Assembly (NCBI RefSeq): GCF_001457595.1
Contig: NZ_LN831039.1
Location: forward strand, 5,190,001 to 5,222,000
Source: Mycolicibacterium smegmatis
Lineage (GTDB): Bacteria; Actinomycetota; Actinomycetes; Mycobacteriales; Mycobacteriaceae
Direction of reading: 5' to 3'
DNA length: 32,000 nt
Of this stretch, positions 22,982 to 30,825 are shown one piece after another. Positions within the stretch are counted from its first letter, which is position 1. Every line of letters begins with the position of its first letter. The notes beneath the pieces were generated by a model that was not told the DNA's origin, ran no database searches, and saw only the letters and a program-made list of their open reading frames with translations. The translations under genes and the position numbers were made by a program.

Positions 22982-25900
22982 CGGAGAGTGCGTCCAACGC
23001 GGCTGCGACCTTGCGACGGTAGCTCTCGACGTTGGCCATCTTGATCGACTCGTATCCGCGCACTTCCTGGGCGAGGCCGAGAATTTCGCGGATGGCATCG
23101 ATGTTGCCCTGCGTGGCGCGCGGCACCACCTCGCGGGTCAGCTTCGCGTAGTCGTCGACGAGTGACCGCTCGACCTGACGCACGTGGGCATAGCCGAACA
23201 CGTCCAGTCGGGTCCCCCGAACACGCCGTGCCGTCCGCAAGGCGTACAGCGCCGGCTTGAACCACGCCCCCAAGGTCAGCTTGTGGTCCAGGCCCATCGC
23301 CCGGAGCATCGGCGGGTGCAGTTTGTACGCGAAAGACGCGTCATCGCCGAAGGTTTCACGGACGGACTGTTCGAAGCCCGGATCGAGGAACAGCCGCGCG
23401 GTTTCGTATTCGTCCTTGTACGCCATCAACTTGTACATCGACTCCGCTGCTGTGACGGTGAGCGGCCCGACCGATCCGACGGCGTGGCGCTCCAGCTCGG
23501 CCGTGTCGGCGACGAAGTTCACGAACTGTAGCGCATAGGACTGGTTCTGATAGGCGACAAGGTCGGCGGCCAGAAAGCCGAGGCGGTCCCGGAAACCCTC
23601 GTCGACGCCGCGTAATTCGTGGACGGCGCGACGCACTCGCCGCGCCACTCGGACGTGGTTGGTGTACACCCCTTTCAGAGCGTTGACCGGTTGCGGATCG
23701 TGCACGTACGCGCGGCCGACGTGAAGCGCCCTGAGGTTCGCCGAAACCGCCACCCCGTTGAGTTCGACCGCTTTTTCGAGCGCCGACAGCGGGATGGGCA
23801 GTGATCCAACCTGCACGGCCATACCCACCAGAATCATGTTGGCCAACTGGTCGGATCCGAACTCCCGGTGTGCGAGTGCACGAACGTCGGCGTACAGCGA
23901 ATCGTGCGCCCTGGTGGACGGATCCAGCCGCTCGCGGACCTCGGCGGCCGAGGGGAACGCGGTCGACGGCTTCAGGATCATCGAACCCGTCGGCACCTGG
24001 GATGTCGAGATCACCGCGACGGTACGCGAATTCGACGCGACGGCAAGGCTCTTGGCGTCAGCTGCAACAAGAAGATCGCATCCCAGATACAGATCGCACT
24101 CGTCGGCTGCGAGTTTGTTGGTACCGGTGATGGGGCGTGTCGAGAACTTGAGATCTGACACCACGGCACCGCCCTTCTGGGCGAGGCCGAGCTGGTCGAG
24201 TCCGCGGACGTGGAACCCGGCCAAAGTACCTGCGGTGGCGACGATCTGAGAGGTGGTGACCACGCCGGTGCCGCCGACACCGGTGATGCGGACGTTGAAT
24301 GCGTCGGTGCCGACGATGGGTGTGGGCTCCGGGATGGGACGCGTGGCAGAAGTTTCACTCGATGCCGTACGCCCGGGTCGGACCGCGACGAACGACGGGC
24401 AGTCGCCGTCCAGGCAGGAGTAGTCCTTGTTGCACGAGGCCTGATCGATCCTGGTCTTGCGGCCGAACTCGGTGTCGACTGGCTGCACGGACATGCAGTT
24501 CGACTTCTGTCCGCAGTCACCACAGCCCTCACACAGGCGTTCGTTGATGAACGCGCGAGTGACGGGTTCGGGCGCGAGCCCGCGCTTGCGTTTGCGGCGC
24601 AGTTCGGTCGCGCATTCCTGGTCGTGGATGAGCACGGTGACCCCGGCGGTCGCTGCCAACTGTTCCTGCACCGCCATCAACTCGGACCTGTCGAGAACGG
24701 CGACGCCTTCCGGCAGCGACACCTTGCGGTACTTCTTCACATCGTCGGTGGTGATGACGACGCGGGCGACGCCTTCGGCCAGAAGCTCCTGAACGATCTG
24801 CGGCACCGACATTTTGCCCACGGCGCGTTGTCCACCGGTCATGGCGACCGCGTCGTTGTAGAGCAGTTTGTAGGTGATGTTCACCCCGGATGCGACGGCG
24901 GCCCGGATGGCCAGGCTGCCCGAATGATGGAATGTGCCGTCACCGAGATTCTGGAACAGGTGATTCTCGGACACGAACGGCGCCATGCCGATCCACGGGG
25001 CACCCTCGCCGCCCATCTGGCAGAGACTCACGATCTCCCCCACCCGCTCATGCGGCATCATGGTCGCGATTGCGTGACAACCGATTCCGGCGCCCACAAG
25101 GGACCCGTCGGGAACGACCGTGGACCGGTTGTGTGGGCAGCCGGAGCAGAAGTACGGCGTCCGTGTCAGCAGCGGCAGTTCGATACGCCCCGCGGGTGTT
25201 CTCTCGACCGATGACACGCTCTCGATCTGGTTGGCGGGGAGCACCTTTCGAATTCGCCGGCCGAGCTTCTCGGCGAGGATTTCGGGCGGCAGGTCGGCGT
25301 CGGCGCGCAGGAACCCGCGGCCGTGCTCGTCGCGTTTTCCCAGAACCCGCGGAACGGAGGCCCGTCCGTACAAGGCGTCTTTGACGGCCAACTCGATGAA
25401 CGCCCGTTTCTCTTCGACGACGACCACTTCGTCGAGCCCTTCACTGAACTCTTGGACGTGCCGTTGGTCCAGCGGGTTGATGACACCGAGCTTGAGGATG
25501 CGGATGCCGGAGTGGACCAGATCGGTCTCTGCGATGCCCAGACGCTGCAGCGCCTGCACGGTGTCCCGGAAACCTGTGCCCGCGGTGATGATTCCGAGCT
25601 TGGCGTCCGGGTCGCCGACGGTTCTGTTCAGATCGTTGGCGGCCGCGTACCGACGCGCGAGTTCCAGCCGCTCACCGAACATGCTTCGTTCGAGGTTGCC
25701 GAGCGTCGGTTGCACGAAGTGCGCCGAGACGGTGTGGCGGAATTCGGCGCCGTCGATCTCGCGGTCGGGACTCTGCACCGTGACCCGGCTGCGGTCGAAA
25801 CGAACGGTGGCCGACCCGTCCACGACGTTCGTCGCGAGTTTCATGCCTACCCACAGCCCGCTGAACCGGGACATGGCGATGCCGTGCAGGCCGAAGTCGA

Positions 25901-26447
25901 GTACTTCCTGCGGATCTGACGGGACGAGCACGGGAAGCCCGAGTTCGGCCATCGCGGCCTCGGAGCCGCTGGGCACAGTCGACGACTTGGCGATCGAGTC
26001 GTCACCCACGAGGACCAGTGCTCCACCCTTGGCGTCGGCACCACCGAGATTGGCGTGGCGCAGTGCGTCGGTGGCCCGATCCAGCCCGGGTGCCTTGCCG
26101 TACCAGATGCCGACGACGCCGTCGTATTCACAGCTCGGCGATGCCGAGGCGAGCTGGGAACCCTGGACCGCGTTCGCGGCGAGCTCCTCGTTCAGCCCGG
26201 GCTGGAACACGACCGAGTGCGAATCGAGCAATTCCCGTTGCCGCCCGAGCTCGAGGTCGTAACCCGCCAACGGTGAACCCTCGTAACCGCTGATGAGGAT
26301 GCCCACCCGCTGCCCGTCCGCGGAGTCACGGCGGCTCTGTTCGAAGGGAATTCGGACCAATGCCTGCAAACCGGTCAGGAACACCTCACCGTCGGCAAGG
26401 GTGTATCGGTCCGTGAGAGCGAACTCTCGTGAGTGCAATTCGGTCAC
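22962..26447 (-). CDS. fused indolepyruvate:ferredoxin oxidoreductase-family protein (IorA+IorB-like 2-oxoacid:ferredoxin oxidoreductase)
   Basis: About 1161 aa. TPP-binding motif GDGTFHHSG and two Cys clusters, CEGCGDCGQKSNC and CNKDYSCLDGDCPSF (4Fe-4S). IorB-like C-terminal half. I prefer GTG 26447 (VTELHSREFALTDRY, G-rich SD just upstream). The track start 26528 adds 27 non-conserved residues. Confidence 0.9.
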   Translation of the reverse strand: MTELHSREFALTDRYTLADGEVFLTGLQALVRIPFEQSRRDSADGQRVGILISGYEGSPLAGYDLELGRQRELLDSHSVVFQPGLNEELAANAVQGSQLASASPSCEYDGVVGIWYGKAPGLDRATDALRHANLGGADAKGGALVLVGDDSIAKSSTVPSGSEAAMAELGLPVLVPSDPQEVLDFGLHGIAMSRFSGLWVGMKLATNVVDGSATVRFDRSRVTVQSPDREIDGAEFRHTVSAHFVQPTLGNLERSMFGERLELARRYAAANDLNRTVGDPDAKLGIITAGTGFRDTVQALQRLGIAETDLVHSGIRILKLGVINPLDQRHVQEFSEGLDEVVVVEEKRAFIELAVKDALYGRASVPRVLGKRDEHGRGFLRADADLPPEILAEKLGRRIRKVLPANQIESVSSVERTPAGRIELPLLTRTPYFCSGCPHNRSTVVPDGSLVGAGIGCHAIATMMPHERVGEIVSLCQMGGEGAPWIGMAPFVSENHLFQNLGDGTFHHSGSLAIRAAVASGVNITYKLLYNDAVAMTGGQRAVGKMSVPQIVQELLAEGVARVVITTDDVKKYRKVSLPEGVAVLDRSELMAVQEQLAATAGVTVLIHDQECATELRRKRKRGLAPEPVTRAFINERLCEGCGDCGQKSNCMSVQPVDTEFGRKTRIDQASCNKDYSCLDGDCPSFVAVRPGRTASSETSATRPIPEPTPIVGTDAFNVRITGVGGTGVVTTSQIVATAGTLAGFHVRGLDQLGLAQKGGAVVSDLKFSTRPITGTNKLAADECDLYLGCDLLVAADAKSLAVASNSRTVAVISTSQVPTGSMILKPSTAFPSAAEVRERLDPSTRAHDSLYADVRALAHREFGSDQLANMILVGMAVQVGSLPIPLSALEKAVELNGVAVSANLRALHVGRAYVHDPQPVNALKGVYTNHVRVARRVRRAVHELRGVDEGFRDRLGFLAADLVAYQNQSYALQFVNFVADTAELERHAVGSVGPLTVTAAESMYKLMAYKDEYETARLFLDPGFEQSVRETFGDDASFAYKLHPPMLRAMGLDHKLTLGAWFKPALYALRTARRVRGTRLDVFGYAHVRQVERSLVDDYAKLTREVVPRATQGNIDAIREILGLAQEVRGYESIKMANVESYRRKVAAALDALSATAAVG

Positions 26448-26564
26448 TGTCCCCCCTTGAAGAGCCGTTATGTATATGAACGTGTCAGAGCCGCGGAAAC
26501 ACCGAAGTGGCTGAACCCAATTCTGCACGCAGCCGGTACGAGACCTCGGTGAAGCACCTGAGCC

Positions 26565-28187
26565 TCACCCCGCGGCCGCAGTGACCCGCAACCTGCCGTC
26601 CTCCAGGTGCCATCGGCGTTCGATGCCGATGGTGTCGAGGAACCGTTCGTCATGGCTGACGACAACGAACGCGCCCCGGTAGGCGTTGAGCGCCGATTCG
26701 AGTTGGCCCACGCTCACCAGGTCGAGGTTGTTGGTCGGTTCGTCGAGCAGCAGCAGTTGTGGGGCCGGTTCGGCGAACAGCACGCACGCAAGCGTCGCCC
26801 GCAGACGCTCCCCGCCGGACAGCGCACCCACCGGAAGGTGGATGCGGTCGCCGCGGAACAGGAACTGCGCCAACAGATGCATGCGCCGCGTGTGCGAGAG
26901 GCTCGGCGCTGAGGCGGCCAGACTCTCCGCGACGCTGCGGTCGAGGTCGAGCAGGTCGAGACGCTGCGACAGATACGCCACGCGCCCGTCGGCCTGCTGA
27001 CACGTGCCGCCGTCAGGTTTCAGTTGGCCGTCGATGATGCGCAGCAGCGTCGACTTGCCCGCACCGTTGGAGCCCGTCAGCGCGATGCGCTCGGGCCCGC
27101 GTATCGACACGTCGATACCGTTGTCGGCGAACAGGTTCCGTCCACCACGGCTGATCTGCAACCCGGTACCGGTGAACAACGTCCGGCCGGCGGGAACCTC
27201 GGTGTCGGGCAGGTCCAGCACGATCACCTTGTCGTCACGCAGCGCGCGCTCGGCATCCTCCAACCGCGCACGCGCGGCGTCGACACGTTTGGCGTGCACA
27301 TCGTCGGACTTCGCGGCCGACTCCTGCGCATCCCGTTTGAGCTTGCCTGCAACGATTTTCGGGAGCCCCGCGTCCTTGAGGTTGCGCGCGGCCGCGCTCG
27401 ATCGCCGTGCTGCACGCTCGCGGGCCTCCTGCATCTGCCGCTTCTCGCGCTTCAACTGCTGCTCGGCGTTGCGGATACTGCTCTCGGCGGCCCGCTGGTT
27501 CGCCTCGACAGTTTCCCGGTACGCCGTGAAGTTGCCGCCGTAGAAGACCACCTCGCCGCGGTACAGTTCGGCGATCTGATCCATGCGGTCCAGCAGTGCA
27601 CGGTCGTGGCTGACCACCAGCAGGCATCCCGAGTATCCGTCGAGGGCGTCGTAGAAGCGTTGGCGGGCAGCACTGTCCAAGTTGTTGGTGGGCTCGTCGA
27701 GCATCAGGACCTCAGGGCGCTTCAGCAGTTGCGCGGCCAGGCCCAAGGACACCACTTCCCCACCCGAGAGCGTGTCGAGGCGACGATCCAACGCCACGGT
27801 GTCCAGGCCGAGCCGGTCCAACTGGGCGCGCGAGCGTTCCTCGATGTCCCAGTCGTCGCCGATCGTGGTGAAGACGTCGTCGGAAACCTCACCGGCGGCG
27901 AGCGCCGCGAGCGCGTCGATCACCGGCGCAATGCCCAGCACCGCGGCCACCGTGAGGTCACCGGTGAACGGGAGCGTCTGAGGCAGGTAACCCACCGTCC
28001 CGTCGACGGAGACCGACCCCGCCGTGGGACGGTACTCACCGGCGATCAGCTTGAGCAGCGTGCTCTTGCCCGCGCCGTTGGGCGCGACGAGGCCCGTGCG
28101 ACCGGGGCCGACGGAGAAGGACAGGTCCGAGAACAAGACGGTGTCATCGGGCCAGGAGAAAGACAGATTCGAACAGACAACAGACAT
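26565..28187 (-). CDS. ABC-F family ATPase (two NBDs, no TMD; ARE/Uup-like with long inter-domain linker)
   Basis: Walker A APNGAGKSTL and GSNGAGKSTL. Signatures LSGGEVVSL and LSGGERLRA. Walker B LMLDEPTNNLD and LLLDEPTNNLD. Arg/Lys/Glu/Ala-rich linker of about 90 aa (..QQLKREKRQMQEARERAARRSSAAARNLKDAG..AKRVDAARARLEDAERAL..). GGAG lies 7 nt upstream of ATG 28187. Confidence 0.93.
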   Translation of the reverse strand: MSVVCSNLSFSWPDDTVLFSDLSFSVGPGRTGLVAPNGAGKSTLLKLIAGEYRPTAGSVSVDGTVGYLPQTLPFTGDLTVAAVLGIAPVIDALAALAAGEVSDDVFTTIGDDWDIEERSRAQLDRLGLDTVALDRRLDTLSGGEVVSLGLAAQLLKRPEVLMLDEPTNNLDSAARQRFYDALDGYSGCLLVVSHDRALLDRMDQIAELYRGEVVFYGGNFTAYRETVEANQRAAESSIRNAEQQLKREKRQMQEARERAARRSSAAARNLKDAGLPKIVAGKLKRDAQESAAKSDDVHAKRVDAARARLEDAERALRDDKVIVLDLPDTEVPAGRTLFTGTGLQISRGGRNLFADNGIDVSIRGPERIALTGSNGAGKSTLLRIIDGQLKPDGGTCQQADGRVAYLSQRLDLLDLDRSVAESLAASAPSLSHTRRMHLLAQFLFRGDRIHLPVGALSGGERLRATLACVLFAEPAPQLLLLDEPTNNLDLVSVGQLESALNAYRGAFVVVSHDERFLDTIGIERRWHLEDGRLRVTAAAG

Positions 28188-28286
28188 GCGGGAACTCCAG
28201 ACGACGAGAAGGACTTCCGGGCTGACCCGGCGGCATCGTCAAATTCCCAGCACGGTTCCCATGCTAGTGAGGGGCGCAACCGATTT

Positions 28287-29354
28287 TCAGGTCGTCAGAT
28301 ACGTGCGCAGCATGTCGGCTGCGGCGGTGATGGCCGCGACCTGGACGCGTTCGTCGACACGGTGGGCGAGATTCGGGTCGCCCGGCCCGTAGTTCACGGC
28401 CGGGATGCCGAGCGCGGCGAACCTCGCGACGTCGGTCCAGCCGTACTTGGCGCGCACCTGCCCGCCTGCGGCGGCCACGAGCGCCGCGGCCGCGGGTTGC
28501 GTGAGGCCCGGCAGCGCACCGGCGGCGGCGTCGGTCAGCTCGAGCGTGACGTCGAGTCCGTCGAACACCTCGTGGACGTGCGCAACGGCCTGGTCGACGT
28601 CGCGATCCGGCGCGAACCGGAAGTTGACGGTGACCGATGCCGCGTCGGGAATCACGTTGCCCGCGATGCCACCGTCGATACGCACCGCGGACAGCCCCTC
28701 GCGGTAGACACAGCCGTCGATGTCAACCGAGCGCGCCTGATACGACGCCAGCCGGTCGAGCACAGGTGCGAGTTTGTGAATCGCGTTGTCCCCCAACCAC
28801 GAACGGGCCGAGTGGGCGCGTGTGCCCTTCGCGGAGATCACGACGCGGATGGTGCCCTGGCAGCCCGCTTCGATGTAGCCACCCGACGGTTCGCCGAGGA
28901 TCGCGACGTCAGCGGTGAGCCAGTCGCGCAGCTCCCGTTCGATGCGCCCCAGGCCGTTGGCGCTCGATTCGATCTCCTCGCAGTCGTACATCACCAGCGT
29001 GATGTCGTGCGTGGGCTCGGTGATCGTGGCGGCCAGGTGCAAGAACACCGCGTCGCCCGCCTTCATGTCGGAGGTGCCGCAGCCGTACATCTCGCCGTCG
29101 ACGATCCGGCTGGGCAGGTTGTCGGCGATGGGCACGGTATCGATGTGACCCGCGAGCATCACGCGCGACGGCCGGCCCAGGTTGGTGCGGGCCAGCACGG
29201 CGTCGCCATTGCGGATCACCTCGAAGTGCGGCGCCTGGGCGCGCAACGCGGCCTCGATCTCGTCGGCGATGCGGCGTTCGTCGCGCGACACACTGGGGAT
29301 GTCCACCAGCGCGGCGGTCAATGCGATCGGATCAGCGCTCAGGTCTAGCCCCAT
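28287..29354 (-). CDS. dapE: succinyl-diaminopimelate desuccinylase (M20 peptidase)
   Basis: [40 protein letters not shown]...LAGHIDTVP matches Rv1202. The start is ATG 29354 or the ATG two codons upstream at 29360. Confidence 0.93.
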
Positions 29355-29388
29355 GGGCATAAACGGTAGTCCAGTAACCTAGGCCAAC

Positions 29389-30333
29389 GTGACTGCAGCA
29401 TCTGGCATCGGCCTGGCCACCATCACCGCCGACGGAACCGTTCTGGACACCTGGTTTCCCGCTCCCGAGCTGAGCGCATCCGGCCCCGCGGGCACCGCCC
29501 GGCTGACCGGGGACGACGTGCCCGCCGACCTGGCTGCCCTCACCGGCAAGGACGAGGACCGCGACGTCGAGGTCGTGGCCGTGCGCACCACCATCGCCGA
29601 CCTCAACGACAAGCCGGCCGACACGCACGACGTGTGGCTGCGGTTGCACCTGCTCTCACACCGCCTGACCAAGCCGCACGAGGCCAACCTCGATGGCATC
29701 TTCGGCCTGCTGAGCAATGTGGTGTGGACCAACTTCGGCCCCTGCGCGGTCGAGGGCTTCGAGACCACGCGTGCCCGGCTGCGTAAGCGCGGCGCCGTCG
29801 CGGTGTACGGCATCGACAAGTTCCCCCGCATGGTCGACTACGTGACGCCGTCAGGTGTGCGCATCGCCGACGCCGACCGCGTGCGGCTCGGCGCCCACCT
29901 GGCCTCCGGCACCACCGTCATGCACGAGGGCTTCGTCAACTTCAACGCCGGCACACTCGGCACCTCGATGGTCGAAGGCCGCATCTCGGCCGGTGTCGTG
30001 GTCGACGACGGGTCCGACATCGGCGGCGGCGCGTCGATCATGGGCACGCTCTCGGGTGGCGGCAAAGAGGTCATCAAGGTCGGCAAGCGTTGCCTGCTGG
30101 GCGCCAACTCGGGTCTGGGCATCTCACTGGGCGACGACTGCGTCGTCGAGGCGGGCCTTTACGTGACCGGCGGTACCAAGGTCACCACTGCCGACGGACA
30201 GGTCACCAAGGCCATCGAGCTGTCCGGCGCGAGCAACCTGCTGTTCCGTCGCAACTCGCTGTCGGGTGCGGTCGAGGTGGTCAAGCGCGACGGTACGGGC
30301 ATCACCCTCAACGAGGCCCTGCACGCCAACTGA
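29389..30333 (+). CDS. dapD: 2,3,4,5-tetrahydropyridine-2,6-dicarboxylate N-succinyltransferase
   Basis: [23 protein letters not shown]...[14 protein letters not shown]...hexapeptide-repeat region...[18 protein letters not shown] matches Rv1201c. GTG start at 29389. Confidence 0.95.
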   Translation: MTAASGIGLATITADGTVLDTWFPAPELSASGPAGTARLTGDDVPADLAALTGKDEDRDVEVVAVRTTIADLNDKPADTHDVWLRLHLLSHRLTKPHEANLDGIFGLLSNVVWTNFGPCAVEGFETTRARLRKRGAVAVYGIDKFPRMVDYVTPSGVRIADADRVRLGAHLASGTTVMHEGFVNFNAGTLGTSMVEGRISAGVVVDDGSDIGGGASIMGTLSGGGKEVIKVGKRCLLGANSGLGISLGDDCVVEAGLYVTGGTKVTTADGQVTKAIELSGASNLLFRRNSLSGAVEVVKRDGTGITLNEALHAN

Positions 30334-30345
30334 CGTTGACCGCGG

Positions 30346-30807
30346 TCACTGCGTGAACGCGTGGGAGATGTGGATCTTCCAGCGCCCGTCGGGCTGACGC
30401 TGGAAGACGTCCACCCCGTCCTCGTGAACGGTTTCCAGAACCGCGCCTGCCGAGTCGCGCACCGTCAGCGTCCAGACCAGCCGCACCGTCGCCAAATCCC
30501 CGTCGACGAGAATCTCTTTGATGTCGGGCTCGTCGTAGTGCAGTGACTTCGACGGGTCGTTGAACCGGTCACGCATCTGATCGCAGAACCCATCCCGGTC
30601 GCGGTCGGCCGAGTCCGGATACGCGAGCACCGCGTCGTCGGCGAACAGTCCGCACACCGCGTCGATGTCACGATCGTTGAAGGCCTGGGGCCACTGTCGC
30701 AGTGCTTCTTCGATGGCCTGGCGATCCGCATCCCGGTCTGGGTTTCCGCACCCAGCAAGCACACTGACCGCTGCAACCACGAGAGCGAGCGCGCGCAACA
30801 CCGTCAC
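30346..30807 (-). CDS. NTF2-like (SnoaL/DUF4440-type) lipoprotein
   Basis: Signal peptide MTVLRALALVVAAVSVLAGC with a canonical lipobox LAGC (Cys20). The mature part (IEEALRQWPQAFNDRDIDAVCGLFADDAVL...DGRWKIHISHAF) has the SnoaL-like/DUF4440 pattern. GTG start. Confidence 0.8.
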   Translation of the reverse strand: MTVLRALALVVAAVSVLAGCGNPDRDADRQAIEEALRQWPQAFNDRDIDAVCGLFADDAVLAYPDSADRDRDGFCDQMRDRFNDPSKSLHYDEPDIKEILVDGDLATVRLVWTLTVRDSAGAVLETVHEDGVDVFQRQPDGRWKIHISHAFTQ

Positions 30808-30825
30808 ATTGTGACGGCACTGCCG

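Noticed and set aside
21953-23098. 381-aa minus-strand ORF antisense to the EspC-like gene
   Set aside because: The translation is Arg/Gly/Ala/Leu-rich and mirrors the Ala/Gly/Gln-rich plus-strand gene. It also overlaps the true 3' end of the oxidoreductase gene out of frame.
27024-29348. 774-aa plus-strand ORF antisense to the ABC-F gene and dapE
   Set aside because: It crosses an intergenic gap and two well-supported minus-strand genes, and it has no recognisable domains. High-GC artefact.
30337-30348. 12-bp perfect palindrome TGACCGCGGTCA between dapD and the NTF2-like lipoprotein gene, considered as a terminator
   Set aside because: With no loop it could form only a stem of about 4 bp, it has no U-tract, and it overlaps the lipoprotein gene stop codon. 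Too weak to call.
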